Shown piece by piece: positions 1 through 13,181 of a stretch of 64,000 bases of DNA. Source of the DNA: Octopus sinensis. Lineage: Eukaryota. Below the pieces are notes generated by a model. It saw only the letters and a list, made by a program, of their open reading frames with translations, did no database searches and had not been told where the DNA came from. Within the stretch, counting starts at the first letter, position 1; each line of letters begins with the position of its first letter. A program made the position numbers and the translations under genes. The stretch covers positions 51,026,001 to 51,090,000 of the forward strand of contig NC_043003.1 of NCBI RefSeq assembly GCF_006345805.1, read 5' to 3'.

Positions 1-949
1 ACTGAAATATGCCTCGTAAGGAAGAAACTTTTCCTGAATAGGAAATTAAGTCCGACAGGAAAACTAGATAAGAATTATTCCCAGCAGGTTGTTTGTACAA
101 ACAGAAAGAAGGAAAGAAAAAAAGAAACAACTCCTACTACAGCAACGATACGCTACAGTCTGCCACAAATTATAAACCGTCTAAAACAATACTGTCCATA
201 TCATAACAGCCTGTTCATAAACACACACATACGCACAGATTTCCAGACTTAGATACACATTAGCTATTTCCTCACATCGTCACAAACTAACATAAATCAT
301 ATTTCTGAAGTTTTATTTTGACTCTTGCCCACCCAACCTGTTGCTAGTCTCCTCGAATTTTTCTAATTATACATAAATTCAAAAAAAAAAAAAAAGAAAA
401 CGAAAAGAGAAATTCCTAAGACATATGAGGGCAGAATGTATAATTATTGCCTATTCCATCCCACGCAGCTTCCGTAACTCCAAGTTTACTACTTCTAAAT
501 GCCTAGCCCCAAGCAAGGCCACAGCCTTTGGGCTGAAACGCATAAAAGAATATACATATATGGGTTAACGAGGAACCCTCTTTATCAAGCTTTTTCGAGA
601 GTCAGGCCGCACAAGATATCGCTCATTATCAGGCGGGCCGCACTATTAAAAAAAAAATTCAAGGTAGATTTTCGTTAGGTGCATTATTCAGAAAGTCCTC
701 AAAGTTGCAGTTTACTCTTAACTACAGTTGCTTAACCTATTAGAATTGGTTGCCAAATTTCCTACTAATGCCACAAAACGTCTTTAAAAACGAGAAGATA
801 ACGTAGTAGATCTTCCCTTTAAGCGCTGACCCGGTGGATAGCAACACCAAACTAAATACAGCATTACTGTACTATAACGCCGTTTTTGGAAATCAGTATC
901 TCTGCCATCCCGATCCAAACTCACATACATACGCACATACGTCTCAGTG

Positions 950-1300
950 AATAAAATGTAAACGTAATAGGCCAGACAAAGTTATTTGAGACAGAGAAAG
1001 GAAACTATGCACAATCGCGAAAATCAGCTACCCAGCTGATGTCAATATAAAACTAAAGATCAGTGAAAAGGAAAACACGTGCGCCAAACTACTAAGAAAT
1101 TTGTAGTTACTCTACCAGGATTACAAATTCAGGTTTATACCTGTAATTATTGGGGCGCTGAAATATGTAACAAACTACCTAAGCACCAATCTTGAGAAAT
1201 CAGGCTTCTCAAGACCGGAAAGGAGAAGGCTAATTAGATGACACATTCAAGCCATCAATGAAACTAAATATTTGTAAAACTTTCCGGAAATTTAGTGTTT
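950..1300 (+). mobile_element. Degenerate 3' fragment of a non-LTR retrotransposon with a restriction-like endonuclease (R4/Dong/NeSL-type)
   Basis: Manual translation KCKRNRPDKVI*DRERKLCTIAKISYPADVNIKLKISEKENTCAKLLRNL*LLYQDYKFRFIPVIIGALKYV fits the RPD...P.D...EK...P.IIGA pattern of RLE domains and has in-frame stops. Confidence 0.7.
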
Positions 1301-1303
1301 AAG

Positions 1304-2210
1304 TATTGGGTAATCCCCTAAATAATACGGGGTTTTTAATACTTCTTTTATTTTTCAAAATTAAGGTAAACAAAGTTCCTTTTCTAATCTAAAATATACT
1401 CTCCTTCCTATTCTACAATGCTCTTCCATCAATCTAGTAGACTTGCAAGGCTCCTCTTCCAAAATTCACTTGTCCGTGACGAAAAATACTCCTCCTGTAC
1501 TGTTCTGACCTCGTCTACAGAATTCATATTTTTTCCGTCGAAATGATTTTGAAGACTGCGGAATAATCAGATGGGGCAATGTCCAGCGAATATGGTAGGA
1601 GGGGCATCGTTTCCCATCCAAACTACTACAGTCTTTGGAATGTCATCCTCGCTGTAAGTGGTCGAACATTATCCTGATGGAAGAACACCTTTCATCTTGA
1701 AAACAAAGATGGTCATTTTTCTTCTAGCGCAGGTGTCGATGAATAGTTGCATGACCAAACCCAAGCTTCTCTGCAAATTCCTCAACAGTTGCGATGGGAT
1801 TTTGCTCTACCAGGTTTTGCTGGGCGTCCTCGTCGAACTCTGCAGATCTTCCAGGACGAAGCTCGTCTTCTAGGCTGCAGTTTCCGGCTCGGAATATCTG
1901 GATCAACCGTTGACACTGGCTTACGCTCATTGTCCGATCCCCATATACTGCATTAATATTCCTCGCAATTTCCGTTGCGTTGTTGCCTTTATTCAACTCC
2001 TAAAGCAAAATATGCCGAATATGCTCCTTTGTCAAATCCATTATATCTTTCAAAAAATAACTTAAAATCGAACTGCTCTAAAAATAAATACAAGGTAAAA
2101 ATTACTACCTCCTTTTATAGCAAGTTGATACAGGTAGTTTATCCTGCGGCCCTCCGACTTTTAGTCTATGCACTTAAAAAAACTGCATTATTTATGCGAA
2201 TGCAACTATA
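1304..2210 (-). mobile_element. Mariner-like DNA transposon, internally deleted, transposase pseudogene
   Basis: ORF 1724-1996 is a mariner HTH region (NATEIARNINAVYG...FRAGNCSLEDELRPGR). Downstream remnants read FHQDNVRPH and PYSLDIAPSDY (YSPDLAP-like). Degenerate TIRs share TAAATAAT.C.G.TTTTT at ~1304-1337 and ~2176-2210. Confidence 0.88.
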
Positions 2211-2604
2211 TGCATGAGACTACATACATGAAACAAAACATACAAATCTGCACAGTCACTGACTCCAAATATTGTACACATATACCCGAACATGCACAAA
2301 TACCCAGTTGATGTTGTTGAAATTCCAATGAAGGAGCTTTGGATCAAGATTAAAAACCGGCTCTTTATTGGCAAGAAATCTTGAAATAAAACTGAATGAT
2401 AACATTCATACATACACAAACTCGCACACACTCACTCTTACACATACACACACGCACACACTCGCACGCACTCACTCACACACACTTACACACACACACT
2501 CGTACGTTTGTACGTACATACATTCATTCATACATACATTCATTCATACGCACATTCATACATACATACATACATACATACATACATACATACATACATA
2601 GATG

Positions 2605-2870
2605 CAAGCATGGCTGATGGTAAAAACCTTGCTTTGCTATCACATGGTTTCGGTTTCAGTCTCACTACGCGGATACTTGGGAAAGTGTCATCTACTATAA
2701 CCTCGCGTTGACCAAAGTCACATGGTTGAATTTGATAGACGGAAACGCTATGTGTTTTACCTATCCCCGCTTTACAACCAGTGTTGTTTTGTTTGTTCTG
2801 GAAGTGATCGATAGAATAAGCAGCTGTCGTTAAAAAGACAAGTAGTGGGGTGAACTTGTACTTACCTCCA
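2605..2870 (+). mobile_element. SINE family A, degenerate copy
   Basis: tRNA-like head, CTTGGGAAAG and TAGACGGAAAC shared with the better copies at 43672 and 59806. Confidence 0.65.
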
Positions 2871-2914
2871 CGCTGCCCCACTCCAAATCCGCTTAGAATG
2901 AACCCGCGACGAAA

Positions 2915-3070
2915 CATTACGTTCTGAGTTCAAATTCTGCTCAGGTCGACTTTGCCTTTCATTCCTTCGGAGTCGATAAAATAAGTACCAGTTGAGCAGT
3001 GGGATCAATGTAATCGACTTAATCCCTCACCAAAAATGTCTGGCTTTGTGCCGTACTTTGAAATCAGTAT
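2915..3070 (+). mobile_element. SINE family C, partial
   Basis: TACGTTCTGAGTTCAAATT...GTCGACTTTGCCTTTCAT...GTCGATAAAATAAGTACCAG block shared with 8967-9385. Confidence 0.75.
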
Positions 3071-3371
3071 TAGTAGGGATTAACATATACGATTGGAGAA
3101 GAGCAGTAAGGGAATTGTGGATATGAACAAACTCTCGCTCTCTCGGAATTTACTATGCAGGTACATTCGATACCACTGCTCCTGAAAGATGATCCGTAGA
3201 TATTAGACTGTGAGGCGAAAAGATCCACACCGCTGTATCCAACTCTTAACCACCGTTAATATAAAACTGTTTAAATATTGAACAGCATTATTAATAAACA
3301 TTAAAACGTATCTTAATACCATAAGTTTATTTCCAAACTTTCACGTCTACCAAATTATACTTTTCTTTCAA

Positions 3372-3431
<60 letters not shown>

Positions 3432-3499
3432 CACACGCGCACACACACACACTGAAACATACATGCAGTCATGTGTGTACGTGTGTCCTTTTATATCAA

Positions 3500-4130
3500 A
3501 CATACGTCAGAACCAGAATGTATCCACAACTTTGAAAATAATGAATACTGGTGAAACGTTCCAATAAAAATAGCAGCTCGGTGTAAGCACAATAGGTCAG
3601 ATACTGTTCTGTGAGATAGGAAGCAAAAACCAAACACAGCGGTTGTGAATGTCTCAACAAAAATTGTGGAAAAGGAAAAACTCTATGGAAAACTGAGAAA
3701 TCTAATGTTCTTATATCCAGACTGCAGATTTTCCTTTGTTGATATTATCACAGGCGCACAAGACTGCGTAGCAAAGGATCTGCAGAGCAAAATTTATGCT
3801 AGGTTTTCCAAAGAAGAGAACAAACTAATTCGTCTTCGCCAAACAATAGATTTGTGGTACATAGAAAACTTTAAAAATATCCCAGAGATTCTCTCTTTGT
3901 GATTCTTGGGCTGAGAAAATGGACAGACTGCAGATTTTCCTTTTTTGATATCATCATAGGCACACAAGACGGCGTAGCAAAAGATCTGCAGAGCAAAATT
4001 TATGCTAGGTTCTCCAAAGAAGAGAACAAACGAATTATCCTTCTCCAAACAATCGATTTGTGGTACATAGAAAACTTGTAAAAATATTCCAGAGATTCTC
4101 TCTTTGAGATTCTTGGACTGAAAAAATGCA
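3500..4130 (+). mobile_element. RLE-type LINE 3' fragment with a 206-bp tandem duplication
   Basis: Translation KIVEKEKLYGKLRNLMFLYPDCRFSFVDIITGA is homologous to 950-1300. Segment 3718-3923 is repeated at 3924-4130. Confidence 0.7.
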
Positions 4131-4151
4131 TACAATCACAAATATATATTG

Positions 4152-4192
<41 letters not shown>

Positions 4193-4377
4193 ACACATAC
4201 ATACACACACACAGAGCATAGTCAATGCACATCAACTACACATGCATACAGTCAAAAACACCAAGGCCTATCTGGATATACCAAAAAAGGCTTTGTCAAT
4301 TTGTCAATGAATTCTGAAGCTTGGATTCTGCAATAGTAAAAGCTTAGATAAATCTCAAAGAAACACATACATATAAC

Positions 4378-4730
4378 ATCTTTTACTTGTCTGCGACTAT
4401 GAAGAGTTTAGTGGAACAAATCGACCCCGGTACTTCTTATAAGTCTGGTACTTATTCTGGCAATCTCCTTTGCCGAACCTCTAAATTATAGGGACGCAAA
4501 CCAACCAGCACCGGTTGACAAGAGGCAGTGTGGAGGCCAAACACAGACACGAACATACACACACTCATAATATTTTACCTTTTACTCGTTTCAATCATTA
4601 GACTGCGGCCATGCTAGGGCAGTGCTTGAAGAATTTTTCGTCCAGTGAAACAACTGCAATACTTGTTTCCTTTTTTAAAAGCCTGGTGCTTATTCTATCG
4701 GTCTCTATAGCCGAACCGCTTGTCAAGTGG
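4378..4730 (-). mobile_element. Two partial 3' halves of SINE family A
   Basis: CTTTTACT tail, ATCGACCCC, TACTTATTCT and GCCGAACC motifs as in 43672-44065. Confidence 0.65.
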
Positions 4731-5354
4731 TAGTAGTCACACACACATACAAATTTATACCGTGTATTGGACGATGCTCACTAGAATTTACCGGTATTCA
4801 ATTGCACCCACTAGCGCAGCAAGATCACAGCCACTTCTTTGACAATAACCACAGACGAAGACAAAGAAACTTTAGTATGTTCTATATGAAGGATGAAATA
4901 TTTTTATGAGAAGAAAAGAACCCTTTGTCGGTTCGCCAAGAATGCAACTTTCTCAAAACTCTCCCAAAGGAATGTCTGAGAAAATTCTTTGGAAATGGCA
5001 AGAATTTTAGGAAAATATTGGGTGGGGGCGGTATTTGTGTAAAACTATGTAAGTTATGCTGGGGGTGGGAGGATAATATTATTTCTTTTGTTTTTCTAAA
5101 ATACTATTTATTACTTTAAGCTGAAGAAATACGGCAAAGAAACCCAGTTATACATCCAGGTATGCAGGAAAATATGTTGTCAGTATGTGTAGGGACAGAG
5201 AGAGGGAGAGAGACAGACGAAGAAAGGAAGGAAAGAAAGAACGAAAAAGAATAACGAGTCCAAGAACGTGAAACATACCTTAAAGGGAATGTATAACTGT
5301 TTTTGCTTGTTCGACTCTCTCTCTCTCACTCTCTCTCTCTCTCTCGCTCTCTCC

Positions 5355-5630
5355 TTGGCTGTGTCGTAAAAAGTTTGCTTTCCACCCACATGGTTGAGTG
5401 GCACCACGGGCAATTGTCTTCTACTAAACCACTAGACCGAGCAAGGCTTTGTGAGTAGGAGACCATCGCTTAACAGCTGATGTTGGTTTGTTTACATCCC
5501 TGTAACTTAACAATTCAGCAAAAAAAAAAACTTATAGAATAAGTACCAGACTTAAAAATAAGAATTACGGTGGATTTATTTGACAAAAAAAAACTTTAAA
5601 AGCAGTTTCTCAATAAATCGCGATAAGACA
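5355..5630 (+). mobile_element. SINE family A, degenerate
   Basis: GGCTGTGTCGTAA head, GGCACCACGGGCAAT, TAGAATAAGTACCAG. Confidence 0.6.
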
Positions 5631-5822
5631 AATTAGCAATCAATGATGTACGTTATATTCTTTATCTGTCACACGCCACCAATAAGTCAATTGGTCTCCT
5701 TTCTCTCTTTCTCAATCTGTCTCTCCTACATACTCCCCTTCACACATACACAAGTACACACACATATATATATAATGCGCACAAACACTGAGTATTAGAC
5801 AAGAAATATATGTATGAAGTTG

Positions 5823-5908
<86 letters not shown>

Positions 5909-6248
5909 CATACATACATACATACTCGACTATGCTGGCCGAGACTTCGAAATCAAGGTCAATAATATTCATATTTAAGAATAATAAATTTGTACTTTAC
6001 AAAAGCATGGAGTAACCGAACAGATTAATCTAAAATTGTTTTAATTATAAATGAACTTAAGAACAACCATTATTCGCAGACATACACACACACACACGTG
6101 TGTGTGTGTGTGTAAGTTCAACAAAAATTTACATTCAGATCAATACGTTACTTAAGTTGAGGCACCAGAATTTAGTACAGTATTATCCATACAATTTCAA
6201 AAGAAGGTGATTAGAATCAAAATAAGCAACAAGGATATCCAGAAATAA

Positions 6249-6334
6249 TGCAGTACGATCGTTTCACGCAACTCCATTTAATTGAACAATGCAACCATTA
6301 TATCAAGTTAAATGCAGAGCAATCCTCAGCTGCA
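6249..6334 (-). ncRNA. Type I hammerhead ribozyme (Penelope-associated), intact core
   Basis: Minus strand reads UGCAG-CUGAGGA-[long stem II, CAUUUAA/UUAAAUG]-GAAAC-GAUC-GUA-CUGCA. Stem I is UGCAG/CUGCA, stem III is palindromic (ACGAUCGU), cleavage triplet GUA. Confidence 0.8.
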
Positions 6335-7398
6335 AAAAGACAGAATTTAATTAAAACAGATAGATACACTAGTATAATTTTGCCTAAAATCTTCAAGAAA
6401 TTAAGGAGATAGACAAAGAACATTATTGCCCTTCCTTCCACTTAGAAGCTACTAAGTTATCGGGAAGAAAGACTTGTAACAGATTTTGCTTGTCACTGTT
6501 ATATGGGGTCAGTTTTAATTTGTAGACTAGTTTTATCAAATCCTTGTATATTTAAGGGCGGGTCTGTTAGGAGTAGGGCTGAAGGAGTCAACAGAAATCA
6601 TAGTGGGTATCAGGATTTATTAGAAGCAATATCATGGGATTTGGTAAAGGAAAACTTAAATCAAGATGTTAGCTGAAAATTAAGGGGGCTGGCCACTAGC
6701 AGACCATTGATAATGAAACTGGGGAAATCTTATGTAGTACTATAGTTAAATATTTTAAGCAATACTGCAATATTGTATAAAGTTAAAGTTTAGGGTTATT
6801 CAGAGGATTATTAAGAAGAAGAATTATAACAAAAGGATAAAAGCTTTTAAGAATACTTTTAAGTATATACCAAACGTTTACCACAATAGAGGGAGGAAAA
6901 GAAAATTATCCAGAAATAGTTTAATATTTATACATATTATAAACTTAAATACTAACTAATCAGATGGTATCAGTGAATATTGATCAATTGGTATATACTG
7001 GTATTTAATAAAGGAGTACTGAGGTAAAAGAACATGCTAACTATGAATTAATTAAATCATAATCTAAGCAGTTTATTTTAAGTAGTGAACATACCAATAT
7101 TGTTATATATAAGCTAAATATGAATTTATAGAGGTACAAATATTAAATTTATTTGATAAATAAATAAATAAATAATGGCTATTATAAAATAATAAAGAAA
7201 AATAACCAGGTAGGGCAAAACACCATAGAAAAGTAATAAAACAGCTTAATCACTAAAAACATGATAAAGTATATGTAACTAGGATATATAGAAAATGTAT
7301 AATAATTCAAAATATACTAAACTAAAAAATTATATATTTACATATATATTTAATCTAATTTAATTATATATATATTTATTTATTTACTTATTTATTTA

Positions 7399-7699
7399 TG
7401 CTCCCTTCTCAGGCCTATCCAGGCTCATGGGCCCGGTTTCCCGGTTTCTGTGGCGTATGTGTTTCCCCAGCTGGACGGGACGCTTGTCTATCACAGCATT
7501 ACTCAAGAAACAGGAAGAAAAAGTGAGAGAAAGTTGGGGTGAAAGACTACAACTGGGGTCGCCACCACACCCTGTCGGAGCCTCGTGGTGCTTTAGGTGT
7601 TTTCGCTCAATAAACACACACAACGCTCGGTCTAGGAATCGAAACCGCGATCCTCTGACCACGAGTCCGCTGCCCTAACCAATGGGCCATTGCGCCTCC
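7399..7699 (-). mobile_element. SINE family B (tRNA-derived head), near full length
   Basis: Minus strand GGAGGCGCAATGGCCCATTGGTTAGGGCAGCGGACTCG...GGTTTCGATTCC (A/B-box-like). Near-identical to 35090-35380. Confidence 0.9.
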
Positions 7700-7727
7700 A
7701 CATACACACACATACATACATACATAT

Positions 7728-7844
<117 letters not shown>

Positions 7845-7850
7845 CATATA

Positions 7851-8185
7851 CTAGCAATATGACCCGGCATTACCGGGTCATAGTGCTAGTGCATACATAT
7901 GCAGCTGCGTGCGTGCGCACATACACGCGAGTACTGTCCAAATCTCCGACCAATCACATACAGCTAGCTGGCGTATTTTGATTGGGTTTTGGATAGAAAA
8001 TTCACAAAAAAGTCACTTCTATTGATTTTTTTAATGGCTTTGCGGTGTGACTGGGAAAATGTAAAAATGTGCACGACCACCCTTGGACAGTTTTGAATGA
8101 CCATAGAAAATTCGAGCCCTCTAACTGAAAAATTGTGGATTTGTATAAAGGATACACACACACACAGACAGACATTTTGCCGTTT

Positions 8186-8186
<1 letters not shown>
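7851..8186 (-). mobile_element. Non-autonomous Helitron-like element
   Basis: 3' hairpin TGACCCGG-N5-CCGGGTCA followed by CTAG. GTCT microsatellite near the 5' end. Embedded in (TA)n. Confidence 0.75.
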
Positions 8187-8250
<64 letters not shown>

Positions 8251-8966
8251 GGAATGTTTTAACTGGCAAAAAGACCGTTAAATCGATAGTTTCGAACAGA
8301 ATTATCATGAGGTATTTTTGGCATGGATATTTTCCGGTCAGTTCTTCTGATCGTAAATGTAGTGACTTGGTGATTGGTTTGCTGAAAGCCTGAAACCAAC
8401 GATGGTATATTCATACACAAGTAAACAAACAAAGCAGTGCGCGCGCACATGTGATGAAGGAAAAGAAAATAGTTTAACTTCGGTCTTCACCGTATTCCTT
8501 TTAGTCGTCTTTTCTACACATATTGTCGATCCGGCTATCTGAAGTTCTTGTTGTTATTGTTGCTGTTCAACCCCAGACAAACTGGATTGATCAGAGCTAT
8601 GATCAAAAGCATTCCGGACATGACCATCCTGTCTTTTTTTTTTTTGTTTCTTTGTTCTTTTTAAGATAGGTGTGATTTGGTGGCCTACAGCTACTAAATT
8701 TAGTGGATTGGATTACTGCAGAGAGCAGGCATGAGCAACCATTTTCTAAAAGCGGGCCGCATGAGACATTGCTCATCATCAAGTGGGCCGCACGTGACAT
8801 TGCTCATCATGTGTGATAAAAGAATGAGCGATAGAAAAGAAGGACGACAGAGTGATGGTGGGGTTAAGAAAACTCGAAGAAAAATATTTTAAATAATGAA
8901 TGAAAGCAAGGTGGGGAAGAGATCAAAACAAATAATCGATGATAGAAGACAAAGTGTGACAGAAAA

Positions 8967-9385
8967 GGCGGTGAGCTGGCAGAAACGTTAGCACGCCGGG
9001 CGAAATGCTCAGCAGTATTTCGTCTGTCGCTACGTTCTGAGTTCAAATTACGCCGAGGTCGACTTTGGCTTTCATCCTTTTGGGGTCGATTAAACAAGTA
9101 CCAGTTACGCACTGGCATCGATATAATCGACTTAATCTGTTTGTCTGTCCTTGTTTGTCCCTTCTGTGTTTAGCCCCTTGTGGGTAGTAAAGAAATAGGT
9201 ATCTTGCCTGCCGTTACGTTCTGAGTTCAAATTCCGCCGAGGTCGACTTTGCCTTCCATCCTTTCGGGGTCGATAAATTAAGTACCAGTTACGCACTGGG
9301 ATCGATGTAACCGACTTAATCTGCTTGTCTGTACTTGCTTGTCCCCTCTATGTTTAGCCCCTTGTGGGCAATAAAGAAATAAGAA
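8967..9385 (+). mobile_element. SINE family C with tandem duplication of its 3' part
   Basis: GGCGGTGAGCTGGCAGAAACGTTAGCACGCCGGGCG head. The block TACGTTCTGAG...CCCCTTGTGGG occurs twice. Confidence 0.88.
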
Positions 9386-12090
9386 AAGTACATATTCATG
9401 GAAGGAGGAGGAGGAGGAGGAGGAAAGAGAGGTTGGTGACGACGAGGATCGAGTAGATATAAAAGAGTCAGGCGGAATGAATGAAGACAATTAATAGAAG
9501 AAATAGAAGAAAAACAACATCAACAAAGTGAGAGAAAAAAAAGAAAGAACAGGTTGGTGCATACCACGACTCTGGTAAACTATTTAACAACGAAGGGAAC
9601 ACACACGTACGTATACATGAACACAAACGAAAATAAGATAAAAATAAAATAAAGTAAAACGCAACGCAATTCACTTAAGACAAGATTTGATGTGAGCAGG
9701 CTCATAATTAATTGGCAATACCGCAACAAAATTTTCACTTACAAACGAATGATCCAGAAAGACTGAGATTTAAACTTAATGCTTCAGTGGCAAAATAAAA
9801 GGCGAGTGTCATTTCACAGAGGTGAGTCACTGAAGTATTAATACGATAAGGTTATAAAACATGGCGGGATAGCAGCAATGGCGGCAGCAGTGTGGTGGTG
9901 GCGGTGGTGGTGATGATGGTGAGGAGGAGGAGGAGGAGGAGGAGGAGGATGGTGGTGGTGATGATGGCGACTGCAGCGCCTGGGAGAGTGCTGTGTGTGT
10001 ATGTGTGTGTATTGCGAAACGGCCTCTAGTTCATTTTGCGTTGAGAGCCTTTCGTCGTCGTTCTTGTCGTCGTCGTAGTCACCATCATTGCTCGTTCTCT
10101 TGGTTCTGTTTTTTTTTTTTTGCTTTCGTAGTTGTTTAGCCCAAGGTTAACGCTGATAAAATAGACTTATGAACAAAGACGATCAAGTTGTGAGTATCCC
10201 AATAGTCTGTACACCAAGAACTGCACTGTTATTATTATTGATGTTGTTGTTTAGTAGCAACTCAGGTATGATCAAAAGCATACCTGCTATCTCTTTGCCT
10301 TTTTCGTCGTTTTTTTAAATATAGTATATCCCAGACCACATAACTCAATTAGTCCTTCCATTTGTTATTAGTATGATGTAATCTGAATTTTCTGTTGCTC
10401 AATCTAACTAGTCAAACGACCATATACAAGAAACGTCGTTACCTGGTTGCTATTATTGTCATTATTCAGCCCCAGGTGAGAACCTATTATCACAATCATT
10501 CCAGTCCTTTTACGTCTTTTTTTATTTTTTCAAAACAAAAAGAAAGGAGTAACGTCAAATCGAAGGAAAGAGGATAGATTTTTTTAAACTCGTTACAAAG
10601 ATGTTAAACTTTCTAGTCATATGTAATCATTTTTAGCGCCATTTCATTCTTCTTAGAAATGCCCAGCTTGACGTCGTCTGAGGCAGATTAAACTAAACAT
10701 TTTGAACAAGAAGTATAGATCTATTATCATCATTGCTATCGTTGTTTTTGTATCCAATGTATGTTTCGTTTGTTCACGACGGTAGTATGCGATTTAAAGG
10801 TGATTTATATGCTGGTTTTTGTAATGAAAGCCACCACATAGAAGTTCCACTCAAGTGTTTTGTTGAGTCTTTGAGCAAGTTTATTCTACATTGTCTCAGA
10901 TCTATTGAATGCTGTAAAATGAACAGCAGATTTTCCATTATGTTTGTGATGGAGTGATATATGATATCTTGGTGTGATATATGATATATAAACTTTGAAT
11001 AACTATAAATAGATAGATTGATTGAAAGAGAGAGAGAAAGAGAAAGAGATTAATCTAGTATTGAAAATCGAAGCGGGACATTGAAACGATTAATAGAAAA
11101 TGAAGCTGGAAATCTTCTCACCAGCCATGGAGACCAGAACCAGCATAGTTTCGGTGCATTAAAATTCGGGGACTTTAAATTCCACAGTACTACGCCTCTG
11201 CTGCGCCAGTGATATTGAATATTACTAAGGTGAAAGACGTACAGCAATAAATGTAGAGAACAACATGCAATGGAAATGGAAAACTACGGACAAAAAAAAT
11301 ACAGTTTTGTGTGTGTGTGTGTGTGTGTTACTTGCTAAGATTCTCAGCGTAATCTGGTATTAGATCATATAAGTACATATTTGATCAAGAAAAGAGAAGT
11401 AGTTCCATAAACGGAACTCAACCTACTTATGTGTTGCTTACCAAGACTGCACTATTCATTTACTCAATAGAATACCTGGCAATAGTCTTCTCTCATAACA
11501 GGTTCTTATATTTTTAGTATTTTCTGATTTTTTTCTTTAACATTGTTACACTTTAATCGCTACAAGAGAGCTGATTAGTTTACACTGAGGACAGACTAAA
11601 CTAGATATATGATAAAAGTGTATTTTATATAAATATATATTATTGTCCAGCACAGCAAAACACTGTGCTTCGATTCGATGTCTCTGAAAAGGAATAATTC
11701 TATGAATCAAATTATACATGAATCTATAAATCCAGAAGATTTGTTGAATGTCAATATGTCCAAATGTTTGGTCGGTTACAGCCAATTCTAAACATATTTG
11801 ACATTTAACGCAGCGCATTTTGCCCAAAGGCCTTCAACCAAAGCGTCAGCTTATTCTACATCTCACATACTTATTCGCATGTTTAACATTCAACGCATTA
11901 TCCTGCATTCATTATTGCCATCATTCTGGACACATATGCTCACCTGTTTCTTAGAATTCTAGATTTTATTGTGTCTGGATTAACTGTTGAGTTTCAGTGA
12001 GAAAGAAAACAAAACTGGGATAACTTGAACAGCATATCTGTCGCTGTTTTATTGGACACAAACACACACACGCATACACACACACACACA

Positions 12091-12137
<47 letters not shown>

Positions 12138-12427
12138 CACACACACACACATACACACACATATCGCTACTGGGAAATCTTTGTCCGTTGGTGTTATTTT
12201 TCTGTGCATTTAATACTACACGTCTAGAAGAGATGCTTTCTCGAGACCAAAACCACAGTTTAGAAGGTTTTCAACAGTATAAACTGTATATATGTAATTT
12301 TAAATATGCATGCAGATCGCTTATACACACACATACACACACACACACACATGAATAAATGAATGGGTGCTTAACCTATTTTACAATACTGTGACTGACC
12401 AACTCTCTTATAGTTTGTGTGTGTGTG

Positions 12428-12459
<32 letters not shown>

Positions 12460-13142
12460 GTGTGCATACTATATGCTAACATTTCAACACTGTAACTATA
12501 ATATTCTTTTGCCAACGTTCGTTCGGAATACCGTTAGAACAGTGTCCTCCCCTTTGGCATTTGTCGGTGGAAAGAACTTTACGTAGCTGTTGCTATTTAT
12601 TTATTTACGTATATTTATTTTACATAACGTGTTCCTTTGTTGGAATTGAATTCTTTCAGAGAAATTGAATCCTTCCGCCTGACACCACATAGAGGTAGGA
12701 ACATTACCAGGCTATTGATATTAGCGTTTTGTTTTCTTTGTCTTTTAGTTACTTTTTATTGTTGTTGTAGTACAAAAGTAAGAAACGAGAAAATGTATGT
12801 CGTCTGCATTTTGGGAATAATAACATTTGAAAGAATCACACGAGGTTCTAGTAGATGAGAAGTCGGGTGGAATTTAGACATTCCTTTAGAAGAGAAATAA
12901 AAATAAGAGAGAAAAGAATACTTCGCTCTTTTGTGCAAAAGTAGGATCTTGTTTACGATTCCTTCCTTGCTTATGATTAAGTTCGACCAACTGTTTTAAC
13001 ATGTTTCTATGTTGATGATGTTTGTAGACTTGCAAGCATACGTATACATACATACATACATATACCAACGCACGCACACACATACATATGTGTTAGTGCG
13101 CTTGAATTTGAGGTGAGAATGTAGTAGAAAATGAAACATATC

Positions 13143-13181
<39 letters not shown>

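Noticed and set aside
8726-8810. hAT-like terminus with GCGGGCCGCA motifs, similar to 604-645
   Set aside because: No matching second TIR or 8-bp TSD was found, so it is too fragmentary to call.
9880-9975. GC-rich GGT/GAG run after an ATG
   Set aside because: Simple trinucleotide repeat with an early stop and no splice support.
11944-11983. Possible 40-bp minus-strand microexon, and a 46-bp one near 4282-4327
   Set aside because: Splice-like signals of this strength occur by chance, and the peptides match nothing expected in a cyclase.
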